A stretch of DNA of 64,000 nucleotides from Spirochaetia bacterium (GCA_963677925.2 CAXXYH010000004.1:832001-896000); one strand, 5' to 3'; positions 29,054 to 40,021 are shown, numbered from the stretch's first letter. A program made the numbers and translations. The notes: generated from the letters alone by a model not told the origin.

Positions 29054-30170
29054 TTTGGCTGAAAAAAATAAAGTCATTGGATACGGTGCTGAATTATTTA
29101 TGCGGCGCTCTGAGGATTTGATTGAATTTAAATCTGATAGAAAGCTGCCCGATAATTCTTTGCCCCCCTATAAATTTGCATATTCAAGAACCGCATTGAA
29201 ATTTGGATTAATAGCAGCTGGTGTCGTTTATGGTGATAGTATCCTGGTTCCCGGCTTTATCTGTGAATCTGCATTAGAGCCCTTCGAGGAACTAAATATT
29301 AAACCTATATTTTATCCGGTTAATGAAAAGCTTGAACCGGTTTGGTCAAAACTTAAAGGGTTATTAAGAAGTAATACAAAAGCTTTTATGATTGTTCACT
29401 ATTTTGGACAACCACAGAGCCTCGATGATTGTTTAACTTTCTGTGAAGAAAATTCTGTTTTGCTAATAGAAGATAATGCACATGGATACGGCAGTATGAT
29501 TCATGGAAAGCTACTCGGAACCTTTGGGGCTATAGGATTCTGTTCCCCTAGAAAAAGTTTTCCGATAAAAAATGGTGCTTATTTATATTTATCCGATAAT
29601 CTTAAGATTAATCCGGAGTTGTTAACACTTATGCCCGGACGTGAAATCTCAAAAAAGGATGTTTTAAAAAAATTACCTGTATTAAAAACGATATTAAAAC
29701 ATAGAGTCAATATTAGAAAATATATGAATCGTAAGAATTCTTCTACGTCATACGGCTCTCAGGAATTATTCAGAGATGCTCCCATAAATAATAATTATGG
29801 AATGGATTATAGTTATGACATTTTAATTCAACACCAGGATCTGGAATTGATAAAACATCAACGTCGTTCTATTTATAACTTGTGGTTAAATTGGGCTGTT
29901 AATGCAGGGCTACAACCAGTATTCCATGAATTAAATGAAGGTGCTGTACCTCTGGTCTTTCCTGCATTCACTGAATCAGCAGCTGAAAGTATCAAATGGT
30001 TTGAGCGTGGTCATCGTATGGGGGTGGATATACATTCCTGGCCGACGTTACCAATCGAAATTGTAGAGAAAAACGGAGAGGAAATGCGTCTTTGGGAGCG
30101 TTTGCTCTGTTTTCCGATTCATCAGAATATGAATCCTGATTCTTTAAAAAAACGAATTCATTTACTATAG
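29040..30170 (+). CDS. DegT/DnrJ/EryC1/StrS-like PLP protein
   Basis: VHYFG, IEDNAH, GTFG..G..SPRK. Confidence 0.82.
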   Translation: MGAVNLAEKNKVIGYGAELFMRRSEDLIEFKSDRKLPDNSLPPYKFAYSRTALKFGLIAAGVVYGDSILVPGFICESALEPFEELNIKPIFYPVNEKLEPVWSKLKGLLRSNTKAFMIVHYFGQPQSLDDCLTFCEENSVLLIEDNAHGYGSMIHGKLLGTFGAIGFCSPRKSFPIKNGAYLYLSDNLKINPELLTLMPGREISKKDVLKKLPVLKTILKHRVNIRKYMNRKNSSTSYGSQELFRDAPINNNYGMDYSYDILIQHQDLELIKHQRRSIYNLWLNWAVNAGLQPVFHELNEGAVPLVFPAFTESAAESIKWFERGHRMGVDIHSWPTLPIEIVEKNGEEMRLWERLLCFPIHQNMNPDSLKKRIHLL

Positions 30171-30177
30171 GAAAAGA

Positions 30178-31251
30178 ATGAAGTATTATGTGATTAAAGC
30201 TGATAATATGACTTCCGAACATTACAAACAGTGGTTGCTGATTCAGGAAAAATATGAGTATCTGGCCAACCCCTATTTTCATCCGGAGTTTACACGTGCT
30301 GTAGCACATGTTAGAACTGACGTGTATGTTGGAATAATTGAAGATAATGGAGTAATAGTTGGTTTTTTTCCTTTTCATAGAAGCCGTAGTGGAAGAGCAA
30401 GACCTCTTGGACTTGCATTATCGGATTATCATGGGGTTGTTGCTCCGCCAGATTTAAAATTTTCTGTTGCTGATTTAATGTCAAGCTGTAAGCTTACTAG
30501 ATGGGATTTCGACCATCTTATATCGGCACAAGAACCCTTTTTAGATTATCATGAAGAATTATTTAATTCTCCGATAATTCAGGTTTCCGAAGGATTTGAA
30601 AGTTTTAAAGCTCAGCTGAACGCCTCCGGAAGAAAACAGCTTAAGGAAGCTGAGAGAAAGAATCAAAAGCTTGAAGAAGAAATCGGTCCCGTAAGATTTA
30701 CAAAACACTCTTCAGAAAAAGCAATATTAAATACTCTCATGCAATGGAAATCTGAGCAATGTCAAAGAACAGGGACTGTTGATTATTTTTCTATTGAATG
30801 GTGTGTAAGGCTGATTGAATATCTACATTCTAATAGAAGTGATAATTTCGGAGGAATGTTATCTTGCCTGTATGCAGGAAAAACCCTAGCAGCCGTACAT
30901 TTTTCACTGTACTCAAGTTCTGTTTGGCATTCCTGGTTTCCTTCATATAATCATGAATTAGAATCATATTCTCCGGGGTCCATTCTATTATATAAAATGA
31001 TTGAAGAAGCTGCTAAGAATAGGGTTCAATATATCGATCTGGGAAAAGGAATGTCTTTATATAAAAAAAGAGTAATGACAGGAAGTATTTCTATAGCAGA
31101 TGGCTGTGTCATTATGCCTTCGTTTAGTAACAAATTGGCAGGAATTAAGAATTCTATTGAATTCTGGGCAAAAGGATCTTTATTTAAACCGGTTCTTAGA
31201 ATCCCCGGTAAAATCATTAAAAATATTGAAAGAGAAAAAAGATACAAATGA
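30178..31251 (+). CDS. GNAT of CelD/BcsL (Acetyltransf_6) type
   Basis: NPYFHPEF, LSDYHG, YSPGSILL..MIE, IDLGKG...YK. Confidence 0.87.
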   Translation: MKYYVIKADNMTSEHYKQWLLIQEKYEYLANPYFHPEFTRAVAHVRTDVYVGIIEDNGVIVGFFPFHRSRSGRARPLGLALSDYHGVVAPPDLKFSVADLMSSCKLTRWDFDHLISAQEPFLDYHEELFNSPIIQVSEGFESFKAQLNASGRKQLKEAERKNQKLEEEIGPVRFTKHSSEKAILNTLMQWKSEQCQRTGTVDYFSIEWCVRLIEYLHSNRSDNFGGMLSCLYAGKTLAAVHFSLYSSSVWHSWFPSYNHELESYSPGSILLYKMIEEAAKNRVQYIDLGKGMSLYKKRVMTGSISIADGCVIMPSFSNKLAGIKNSIEFWAKGSLFKPVLRIPGKIIKNIEREKRYK

Positions 31252-32219
31252 TAAAAATAAAAATAAGATCTATTTTTGATAATTTCGCCAGATTCTCTGG
31301 CTTGCTTCAATGTTATGAGAAAAGAATGAAAGGTCGGTTAACTATTTTAATGTATCATAGAGTTCTTCCAGGTGAATTATGCAAAAACTACCCTCTGCAA
31401 TCACTTGTTATTCCCTCAGAAGTCTTTAATGCTCAAATGGAATATTTAGCTGAGAATTATACTGTTTTGCCAATCAGCGAGGCATTGATGCTCTTAAATA
31501 ATAAAGAGTCGACGAAAAAGCCGATTGTATCAGTAACTTTTGACGACGGATATGAAGATAATTATACAATTGCAGCACCTATTCTTGAAAAAATCGGAGT
31601 TAAAGGCACATTTTTTATAACAAGCGGATTTGTCATTGAGCGTTCTCCTCAATGGTTTGACAGAGCAGCATTACTTAATCTGGTTAGGAATGATTCCGTA
31701 GATATATCAGTATGGATGGAGAATTTAAAAAGAATGCCTTCGAGACAACGAATGGATTTCATTGAGAAATTAGAAAATTCTCTAAGTTATTCTTTGGATT
31801 ATTCTAATTTCTTGCCGATGACAAAGAAGCAGATAAAGGAGCTGGATGACCGGGGGCATGAGATTGCTTCGCATACTGTATCACATCAGATAGTTACTCA
31901 ATTGGATAATGAAACGTTAGTAAGAGAATTGGATGACTCTGCTGCTGCAATACAGTCATGGATTGGTCATGAGATCACTGGGTTTTGTTATCCTAATGGA
32001 AATCATGATTTACGTGTTGAAGAAGCTGTGGCCAGGGCTGGTTATAAATATGCATGTACAACCGAAGAAGGGGTAAATGATAACGGAACTAAACGCTTTC
32101 GACTGCTTCGTCTTCCTGTAACTATGCATAGAACAATGTTAGAGAATCACTTTGATATTCTAGGTTTTAGAGCTGAGATTTGTCGTGTTAGATCGTTTCT
32201 GCGACTGGGGGTAAAGTAG
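31248..32219 (+). CDS. Polysaccharide deacetylase (CE4)
   Basis: ILMYHRV, VTFDDGY, IASHTVSH, FCYPNG. Confidence 0.94.
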   Translation: MIKIKIRSIFDNFARFSGLLQCYEKRMKGRLTILMYHRVLPGELCKNYPLQSLVIPSEVFNAQMEYLAENYTVLPISEALMLLNNKESTKKPIVSVTFDDGYEDNYTIAAPILEKIGVKGTFFITSGFVIERSPQWFDRAALLNLVRNDSVDISVWMENLKRMPSRQRMDFIEKLENSLSYSLDYSNFLPMTKKQIKELDDRGHEIASHTVSHQIVTQLDNETLVRELDDSAAAIQSWIGHEITGFCYPNGNHDLRVEEAVARAGYKYACTTEEGVNDNGTKRFRLLRLPVTMHRTMLENHFDILGFRAEICRVRSFLRLGVK

Positions 32220-32226
32220 GCATATT

Positions 32227-33678
32227 ATGGGTGATAATAACACAGAAAAGAACAAAGAATTATCATTAAAGGAACGCGTCCTGAGAGGCTCTGCATTGAC
32301 CTTGTTTGGGTTTGGGTTTAGCAGAGCTCTACGATTAGGTAATCATCTCATTTTAGCCTGGCTTCTTGCACCTGAAATCTTTGGTCTGATGGCATTAGTC
32401 AAGGTTTTTATGCAGGGACTGGGAATGTTTACGGATATAGGCATTGGTCCAAGTATAATACAAAGCAAACGAGGTCACGATATAACTTTTCTAAATACAG
32501 CCTGGAGTATCCAGGTTTTACGTGGAGCAGGATTGTGGTTAATTACATGTATTTTAGCTTGGCCATTTTCATTGTTCTATGGGAAGAATGATCCTGCGGC
32601 TTCTCAGCTTGTTTATTTACTTCCAGTTTCTGGCCTTTCGGTACTTATCGGCGGATTCAAACATCCTGTTATGTACACTTTAGAAAAAGAATTAAAAATC
32701 GGTAAGATAACAATAATTCAAATTGTGTCTCAACTGGTTTCACTGGCAACTATAATAATTTGGGCTTTGATAAAACCGTCAATATGGGCTTTGATCGCGG
32801 GAAGTATAGTTTCGGCATTTTTTAATGTTATTATCAGTCATACAATAATTGCAAAACATAGAGTTCGCTTTCAAATTGAAAAAGAGTTCCTCGGTGAAAT
32901 TATTTCATTTGGAAGATGGATTATGCTAAGCACAGCATTTACATTTTTATCAAATAATATGGATAAACTGATTTTAGGAAAAGTCTTAAGTTTAAAAGAA
33001 TTGGGTATTTATGGTATTGCAACTACATTAACAAAAATGGCACTTGATATAGCTACTCGTCTTGGTTCTTCAATTATGTATCCAGTATATTCAAAATTTC
33101 AGGATGATACTAAAAAGTTAATGTCAATTGCATTAAAATCTAGAGATATTGTGTTGTGGATAGGTTTTACTGTCAGTGTAGCTATGGCTGTTGGTTCTCC
33201 CTTATTTTTTCAAACTCTTTGGGATGTCAGATATCAATATGCAGGAGTATTGGCTCAGTGGATGATTATACTTATGTGGACCCGAATTTTGCTTTATACT
33301 ATGAGTCGTATACCCTTATCCTTAGGTAATTCAAAGTCGTTGTTCATTTCAAATGTAATTCAGACTATGGGAATTTTTATTGCTGCAGGCATATATCAGT
33401 TTGCTGGATTGCCGGGATTTATAGTTGGTTTAGCAATTGGTCCCATTGCAGCACACGTCTATCTCACTATGATTTTACCTGTTATGAGAAAGGAGATGTT
33501 AATACAAAGCTCTGTTTTTTCTGTTCTGACTTTAATTGCCGGTGGTGCTATGGTATTTTTTAATTCCTGGTTAGAGACAAATAGTTCAGAGCCTGTTTGG
33601 TTTGTTGTAGTTATTTCCATGGTAATACTAATCTGTTTAATCTCGTTATTAACAGTTTATCGAAAAATTAAACGTTAA
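32227..33678 (+). CDS. wzx: Wzx oligosaccharide flippase
   Basis: LAWLLAPEIFGLMA, FTDIGIGPSIIQ, DKLILGKVL...LGIY; multiple TM segments. Confidence 0.9.
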   Translation: MGDNNTEKNKELSLKERVLRGSALTLFGFGFSRALRLGNHLILAWLLAPEIFGLMALVKVFMQGLGMFTDIGIGPSIIQSKRGHDITFLNTAWSIQVLRGAGLWLITCILAWPFSLFYGKNDPAASQLVYLLPVSGLSVLIGGFKHPVMYTLEKELKIGKITIIQIVSQLVSLATIIIWALIKPSIWALIAGSIVSAFFNVIISHTIIAKHRVRFQIEKEFLGEIISFGRWIMLSTAFTFLSNNMDKLILGKVLSLKELGIYGIATTLTKMALDIATRLGSSIMYPVYSKFQDDTKKLMSIALKSRDIVLWIGFTVSVAMAVGSPLFFQTLWDVRYQYAGVLAQWMIILMWTRILLYTMSRIPLSLGNSKSLFISNVIQTMGIFIAAGIYQFAGLPGFIVGLAIGPIAAHVYLTMILPVMRKEMLIQSSVFSVLTLIAGGAMVFFNSWLETNSSEPVWFVVVISMVILICLISLLTVYRKIKR

Positions 33679-33785
33679 AGTGTTTTTAAATCTGTAGCAG
33701 AGGATTAGATTAATAAAGTTTTTCTTCTTTCAACTAATAATTAGATATAAAATGTTAACTAATCGAAAAATTAATAGGAACTTGT

Positions 33786-35072
33786 ATGAAGGCAAATGAA
33801 AAAAAGATATTAAAACTTCCTTACAGAAAGGAAACTACTGAGTTGTTGATTCCTGCAGAAGTAGATTTATATATTTGCGAACCTAATGATATTGAATTTG
33901 TATTGGATGATAAAGTAATTATTGATAAAGCTCTTGAAATGCAATCAGGCTCATTATCATTTCTTAATTTTGTTAGAAACAAAACTGATAAAGATGAGTC
34001 AATACTCGTTATCGTTAATGATCAGACACGACCAACGCCTACTCGTGTTGTTTTAAATTCCATAGCTGGCAGTTTGACAGATAGGAAAAATGTAACTTTT
34101 ATTATTGCGACAGGGGCTCACCGCAGACCAACAAAAGATGAGCTTGAAGACATTTTTGGAGATACATATGAATTCTTTTCAAATAATATTATTGTGCATG
34201 ACGCAAAGAGAAGTGAGCTGATGGCATATATTGGAACATCAGCATCAGGTACCGAATTGTATATAAATAAGCTGGCTTTGGATGCTGATAAAATAGTAGT
34301 GATAGGGTCTGTTGAACCTCACTATTTTGCTGGATATACTGGTGGTAGAAAAGGGATACTTCCAGGAATTGCCTCCTATAGAACTATTGAGCAAAATCAT
34401 AAACACGCACTATCAATAAATGCCAGAAGTCTGATTTTGGAAGGGAACCCGGTTCATGAAGATATGATTGATGCAATTCAACATTTAAATAAACCAATTT
34501 ATGCAATTATGACAGTTCTTGATAAAGATCAACATATCTATGCTGTCACAGCTGGCGATATTCATGATTCCTTCTATGCGGCAAAAAATGCTGCTGATGA
34601 AATTTTTGTAGTTGATATTAATGAAAAAGCGGATATTGTAATTACTGTAGCAAAAGATCCAATGGATATTGATCTTTATCAATCGCAAAAAGCGATAGAT
34701 AATGGAAAACTTGCATTGAAAAATGGAGGAATCCTGATATTGGTTTCATCTTGCCGTGATGGAATTGGTGACAATGCCTTTCTGGATCTTCTGTCATCAT
34801 GTAGCTCTCCTTTAGAGGTTATTGAAAAGATTAAAAATGAATATAAATTGGGATGGCATAAGGCTGGGAAGATGGCAGAGGCTAACCTAATAGGAGAAGT
34901 GTGGGCAGTAACTGAATTGCCGGATGATATTTTAGAAAGTATTTTTATAAAACCTTTTCCTAGTCTTCAAAATGCTTTATCTGAAGCATTAAAGATAAAA
35001 GGAGAAAATGCAAGTATTATCATATTGCCTGATGGATGTGTTACTATTCCTAGAGTAAAAGAATTGAGGTGA
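33786..35072 (+). CDS. larA: Nickel-pincer-dependent lactate racemase family protein (LarA homologue)
   Basis: NDQTRPTP, ATGAHR, EPHYFAGYTGGRKGILPG, QNH, YQSQKA motifs. Confidence 0.9.
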   Translation: MKANEKKILKLPYRKETTELLIPAEVDLYICEPNDIEFVLDDKVIIDKALEMQSGSLSFLNFVRNKTDKDESILVIVNDQTRPTPTRVVLNSIAGSLTDRKNVTFIIATGAHRRPTKDELEDIFGDTYEFFSNNIIVHDAKRSELMAYIGTSASGTELYINKLALDADKIVVIGSVEPHYFAGYTGGRKGILPGIASYRTIEQNHKHALSINARSLILEGNPVHEDMIDAIQHLNKPIYAIMTVLDKDQHIYAVTAGDIHDSFYAAKNAADEIFVVDINEKADIVITVAKDPMDIDLYQSQKAIDNGKLALKNGGILILVSSCRDGIGDNAFLDLLSSCSSPLEVIEKIKNEYKLGWHKAGKMAEANLIGEVWAVTELPDDILESIFIKPFPSLQNALSEALKIKGENASIIILPDGCVTIPRVKELR

Positions 35073-36289
35073 CGATAAAAATGAATCTTAAAGTAAGGAA
35101 AATTTTAGAAGAATCAATAGAAACACCGGCAGTTATATTGCCGCTTAGCTATAATGGTATCTTATTTACGAGAGCACTAAAATCAAAACATATACCAGTT
35201 ATAGGCATAATTAAATCAAAAAAGGATTGTTTCTATCACACTAACAGTTGTGCCAAGATTATAAGTTCGGATCTTTATGGCGAACATGCGTTAGCTAATC
35301 TAATTGAGGCAGGTAAACTTGCAAGGAAAAATCCCGCCTTGATTCCTACATCAGATGAAGGTGTTAAATTTATTCTTTCTAATCTCAAAGTACTTAAAAA
35401 ATATTACTTAATTAATATTCCTCAAGAATCAACTGCAAACCTGCTATTGGATAAGCAGAGTCTATATGCGTGGGGAAATGATAGATATCCATTCCCGAAA
35501 ACTTTGATTATTAAAACTGAACAAGAATTGAATGAATCTCTGGAAGACCTATTTTTCCCTGTAATAATAAAACCAAACTATAGGGACGCAAATTGGCCTG
35601 CAACTTTGGATAAGGCTGTGCTGGCTGATGATGCTCAGATAATGATTAAGGCTTTTCACAAGTTTATTCCTCATGCAGATGCTTGCCTTGTTTCAGAGTA
35701 TATACCAGGTGGTGATGAGAATATTGAAACCTGTCATGTTTTCTATGATGAAGGAAAACTCGTAAATTCATATACTGATCAAAAAATTAGACAGTATCCA
35801 CCTCTAACAGGAACAGGTTCATATATTTCTTCCTGCTATAATCCCGAAATCAAAAAAATTACTATTAATTTTTTTGATGATCATGATAATTATACCGGGG
35901 TAGGGGGAATAGAATTTAAGAAACATGATATTACTGGTGAATATAAAATAATAGAACCTTTTGTAGGTCGGCCAAGTAGTCATTTCTATACAGGTTTAGG
36001 GGAGGGTTTTAATTTCCCCTTTATTGTTTATTGTCAGATAGTCGGTAAAGAAATACCTAAATATGAACAATCATATAAAATTGTCAGCCAGTTAGATGAA
36101 GAATTTGAGCTTCAGGCTTGTAGAGAATATTTAAAATCAGGAAAAATGAGTATTGGTAAATATTTAAAAACAATTGTTACAACAGAATTATTTGTCAGGT
36201 TTTCAATAAAAGACCCATCTGTAGGTTTTGTATATTTTTTTCAGGTGATAAGTAGGTTATTAAGAAAACCATTTACAGGTATGAATTGA
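35069..36289 (+). CDS. ATP-grasp carboxylate-amine ligase (D-aspartate-ligase-like)
   Basis: LIPTSD, LDK, FPVIIKP, EYIPGGD, KIRQYP..G.G, IEFK. Confidence 0.82.
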   Translation: MTIKMNLKVRKILEESIETPAVILPLSYNGILFTRALKSKHIPVIGIIKSKKDCFYHTNSCAKIISSDLYGEHALANLIEAGKLARKNPALIPTSDEGVKFILSNLKVLKKYYLINIPQESTANLLLDKQSLYAWGNDRYPFPKTLIIKTEQELNESLEDLFFPVIIKPNYRDANWPATLDKAVLADDAQIMIKAFHKFIPHADACLVSEYIPGGDENIETCHVFYDEGKLVNSYTDQKIRQYPPLTGTGSYISSCYNPEIKKITINFFDDHDNYTGVGGIEFKKHDITGEYKIIEPFVGRPSSHFYTGLGEGFNFPFIVYCQIVGKEIPKYEQSYKIVSQLDEEFELQACREYLKSGKMSIGKYLKTIVTTELFVRFSIKDPSVGFVYFFQVISRLLRKPFTGMN

Positions 36290-36306
36290 TTTTAGGGGTA
36301 TATTAA

Positions 36307-37335
36307 TTGAATGCTGCATTGAACAAATTAGGTATAATCTTTATTGGAAGAAATGAAGGTGAAAGAATATTAAAAGCTGTAGAATCTTTCCCCGCGAGTT
36401 CTGCTTCTGTCATTTATGTAGATTCTGGTTCCACTGATGGAAGTGTTGATTTGATTATATCAAAAGGTATAAATGTTCATTCTTTAAGTCCTGAGAAACC
36501 CTTTACGGCTGCAAGAGGGCGAAAAGAGGGGGCTGAAATAATGTTAAAAGAATATCCAGATGTCAGATGGATCCAATTTATAGATGGCGATTGTGCATTA
36601 GATCCTTTATGGTGTGACATTGGAGTAGAATATCTGCAGAGTCATGATGAAGTTGGTATTGTCTGCGGTATCCTTGTAGAAGAAAAACCGGAATTGTCAC
36701 ATTTTAACAGAATGAATGCTTTGAGATGGAGTTCTGCTCCGATAGGCGAAATTGAGGCTTGCGGAGGTATCTTTCTGGCAAGACGAGAAGCCTATGAACA
36801 ATCCGGTGGTTTTAATGAAATTCTTCTGACCGGAGAGGAGGCTGAATTTTGTTTGAGGGTAAGAAGTTCTGGATATTTAATTATGCGTTTAAATAAGCGA
36901 ATGGCTATTCACGATTCAGATTTAATATCATTGAAGTCATGGTGGAAAAGAGCTATATGGGGTGGATATGGGGATGCCTTGCGGCATGTAACAATAAAGC
37001 ATAGTAATAATAATCCAGAGAAAAGAAAGATTAGAAGTAGTTTTATATGGGGATTATTTATGCCTTTTATCTTTTCGGTAGGTATACTGGGTAGTTTTTT
37101 TAATGAATTGTTAATTGTTTTACCTGCAATTGTTCTGATTTTATATATTCAGCTTTTATTAAGATTGATTATCAGAAACCTTAAGAACGGAAATGGCTAT
37201 AGAGACTCTTATATATATTCTTATTTGACGATAGTTAGGAAAGTACCTCATTCATTAGGTTATATCAAATTTTTTTTATATCCGAAAAATTTTAATAAAA
37301 GGCCTGACCCGCATAATAATAACAGATCTATTTAA
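36307..37335 (+). CDS. GT2 glycosyltransferase
   Basis: IGRNEGER, YVDSGSTDGS, PFTAARGR, QFIDGDC, GEEAEFC. Confidence 0.92.
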   Translation: MNAALNKLGIIFIGRNEGERILKAVESFPASSASVIYVDSGSTDGSVDLIISKGINVHSLSPEKPFTAARGRKEGAEIMLKEYPDVRWIQFIDGDCALDPLWCDIGVEYLQSHDEVGIVCGILVEEKPELSHFNRMNALRWSSAPIGEIEACGGIFLARREAYEQSGGFNEILLTGEEAEFCLRVRSSGYLIMRLNKRMAIHDSDLISLKSWWKRAIWGGYGDALRHVTIKHSNNNPEKRKIRSSFIWGLFMPFIFSVGILGSFFNELLIVLPAIVLILYIQLLLRLIIRNLKNGNGYRDSYIYSYLTIVRKVPHSLGYIKFFLYPKNFNKRPDPHNNNRSI

Positions 37336-37481
37336 AATTTTACTTACTGATACAAGAAAAATGAAATTGTGTCTAAATGTAGATAGACTTTTATTAAAGA
37401 TGAATATTTATCTTTGAATATTGATATATTTAGTGTGAATTAGTTAACGATGTATATAAAAAAAAAGATTGAGGTGTTGTT

Positions 37482-38375
37482 GTGGAAATTATAAAAGAAA
37501 TTAAAGTAAAAATAGGTTATTGTTATCATATAGTTTTAGGTAAAATATCACCTACTATAGCAAGTTATTCTCTCTATAAGAAGTATACAAATCGCCGTTT
37601 GAATTTAAGGAAACCTAAATATCTTGATGATTATTTAATGGGTATTAAGTTACATAATTATTCTACTAATGATTTAGTTGTGTTATGTTCAGATAAATAT
37701 CTTGTAAGAGAGTATATTTGTTCAAATGGATTAGAATATATTTTGAATGAATTGTATGCCGTGTATAATAATGTTGATTCTATCAATTGGGGGGAGTTGC
37801 CAATAGAATTTGTGATTAAATTAAATCATGGAAGTGGATTTAATTTAATTTGTAAAGATAGAGCGACTTTGGATATAGACAGTACAAAAAGAATATTAAA
37901 AAGGTGGTATAAAACAAAATTTGGTTTATATACTGTGGAACCTCATTATTTGAAGATTAAGAAAAAAATAATTGTTGAAAAATATCTGAAAGGTTCTGAA
38001 TACTGCTCCTCTCCAGATGACTATAAAATATTTTGTTTTTATGGAATACCAAAAATTATTCAAGTTTGTACTGAAAGAGATGCCGATGTTAAATATAAAT
38101 TATATGATACCTCATGGAAAGAAGTAGGTTATTTATTAGATGATTATAGGAGTAATAAAGATTTTTCTAAGCCTAAAGTCTTAACAGATATGTTAGATAT
38201 TGCGTGTAAATTATCTAATCCATTCCCATTTGTAAGAGTGGATCTGTTTCTGATGGAGGAAAAAATTATTTTTAGTGAATTAACATTTACACCATTTGCA
38301 TGTAGTTGTAGAATATTAAATTCTACTGGGCAGATTGAATTGGCTCGTGAATTTCAGAGTGAAAATTTAATTTAA
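37482..38375 (+). CDS. TupA-like ATP-grasp protein
   Basis: DKYLVREY, FVIKLNHGSG, DYKIFCF.G, FVRVDL, FSELTFTP. Confidence 0.9.
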   Translation: MEIIKEIKVKIGYCYHIVLGKISPTIASYSLYKKYTNRRLNLRKPKYLDDYLMGIKLHNYSTNDLVVLCSDKYLVREYICSNGLEYILNELYAVYNNVDSINWGELPIEFVIKLNHGSGFNLICKDRATLDIDSTKRILKRWYKTKFGLYTVEPHYLKIKKKIIVEKYLKGSEYCSSPDDYKIFCFYGIPKIIQVCTERDADVKYKLYDTSWKEVGYLLDDYRSNKDFSKPKVLTDMLDIACKLSNPFPFVRVDLFLMEEKIIFSELTFTPFACSCRILNSTGQIELAREFQSENLI

Positions 38376-38504
38376 AATGAGATTTTAATATATCTATAGA
38401 TTAATTAAAAATAAGGGGAAATAATATTAAGGAAAATACAAAAATTTTATAATAAATTAATTCTCTAAAACAATCCTATCAATAATATATTTCATTATCT
38501 GAAC

Positions 38505-39698
38505 AGTGATCGTATTAACCTGGCAATTGCAAAGAATAGGTGGTCAAATTACCTCCGAAAGATATAATGATTTTACCACAAAACATTTATCAGGAAGATA
38601 AAATGGCCACCAACAAGAATGTAACACAGAAAGCAGCAAGAAGAAAGATGAGCATGTTAGAGCTCGCAGAAGATTTAGGAAATGTAAGCAAGGTATGTAA
38701 AATTATGGGTTATTCCCGCCAGCAGTTCTATGAGATTCGGAAGAAATATTAAACTTACGAATCTCAGGGATTAATCAACAGCTGACCAGGACAACGTAAT
38801 CCACATCCAAATCGAGTAGCACCTGAAATTGAAGTAGAAATTCTGGTTTATAGTTTGGAGTACACAACCCATGATTGTCTTAGAGTTTCTCAGCAGCTTG
38901 CCTTGAAAGGTGTGAACGCAAGTTAAGGCGGAGGCCGAGGAGTATGGATTAGGCATAAAATAGAAACTCGCCACCAGCGTTTTTTACGCTTGAAAGGAAA
39001 TTGATATATTAAAAATTCAAGCTTAATGATGACCAAATAAAACTACTTGAAAGAGTTAATCCTGAGATCAGAGAAAGATAAATCGAAACAAAACATACAG
39101 GTTATCTCGTTTTGATAGATACCTTTATGGATCGGACATCTGAAAGGAATCGGTAAAATATACTTACAGACAGTAATTGATTGTTATAGTCGACATGCAT
39201 TAGGAAGGCTGTATACAAATAAGCTTCCTGTGACAGCATTTCAGGTGATAAACAATGATGTTCTGCCTTTTTTCGAAGAACATAATGTGAAGGTTAAGAA
39301 TGTGCTGACCGACAATAGACATGAGTATTACGGAAGAGCGGGCTGTCATTCGTTCGAATTAGTTATTCAGTTTAAGGATATCGAGCACAGGATAACAAAG
39401 GTTCGCAGGCCACAGAGTAATGGATTTTTAAGTGGCTACATCGAACTTTACTGGATAAGTTTTTTTAGAATTAAAGGTCGTGAAAAATACTACGAATATT
39501 ATCTGAGATGCATTAAGATCTGGATAAGTTTTTGAAGTACTACAACAATGAGCGAGCACATCAAAGGTGCAATATGAAGAATAGAACACCCTCTCCGGTC
39601 ATCCTTGAGGAAATAGAAAAAGACGAGGATAATGATGGCACTGCCGCATAATGAAATTATATATTTTTCGAAGTGAGTGTCAAGGAAATACGCTAACT
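38505..39698 (+). mobile_element. Degenerate IS481-family element (transposase with stops/frameshifts)
   Basis: Fragments RRKMSMLELAEDLGNVSKVCKIMGYSRQQFYEIR, GHLKGIGKIYLQTVIDCYSR, VLTDN...RPQSNGF, YNNERAHQ. Imperfect terminal IRs at 38505-38525 and 39678-39698 (15/21 match). Confidence 0.9.
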
Positions 39699-39962
39699 AA
39701 ACGAATTATCATAGGTGTACACTGTTTGGCTATATTGTTTTGATAAAATAAAAAACAGTCTCAAAATTTTGTGCTGTGATTAACCTATAAAAATATAGGT
39801 GAGTTTCAGCTTGCTGAAATAAATATTTTTAATTACAAACTGGATTACAATATTGAAATTAAACAAGTATATAGACACTTTCGAATAATAAAATGCTAAT
39901 TTGTACCTTGGTAATTCTTTTGTCAATAACAATTTAAATTAAAAATTTAGAACGTAGTAGTT

Positions 39963-39978
39963 TGGCATACAGATTGCA
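39963..39978 (+). promoter_or_regulatory. sigma54 (-24/-12) promoter
   Basis: TGGCAT-acaga-TTGCA, 43 nt upstream of ATG 40022. Confidence 0.75.
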
Positions 39979-40021
39979 TTATATTTATATATAATTTATT
40001 TGGATAGCAAGGAGTTTTTCG

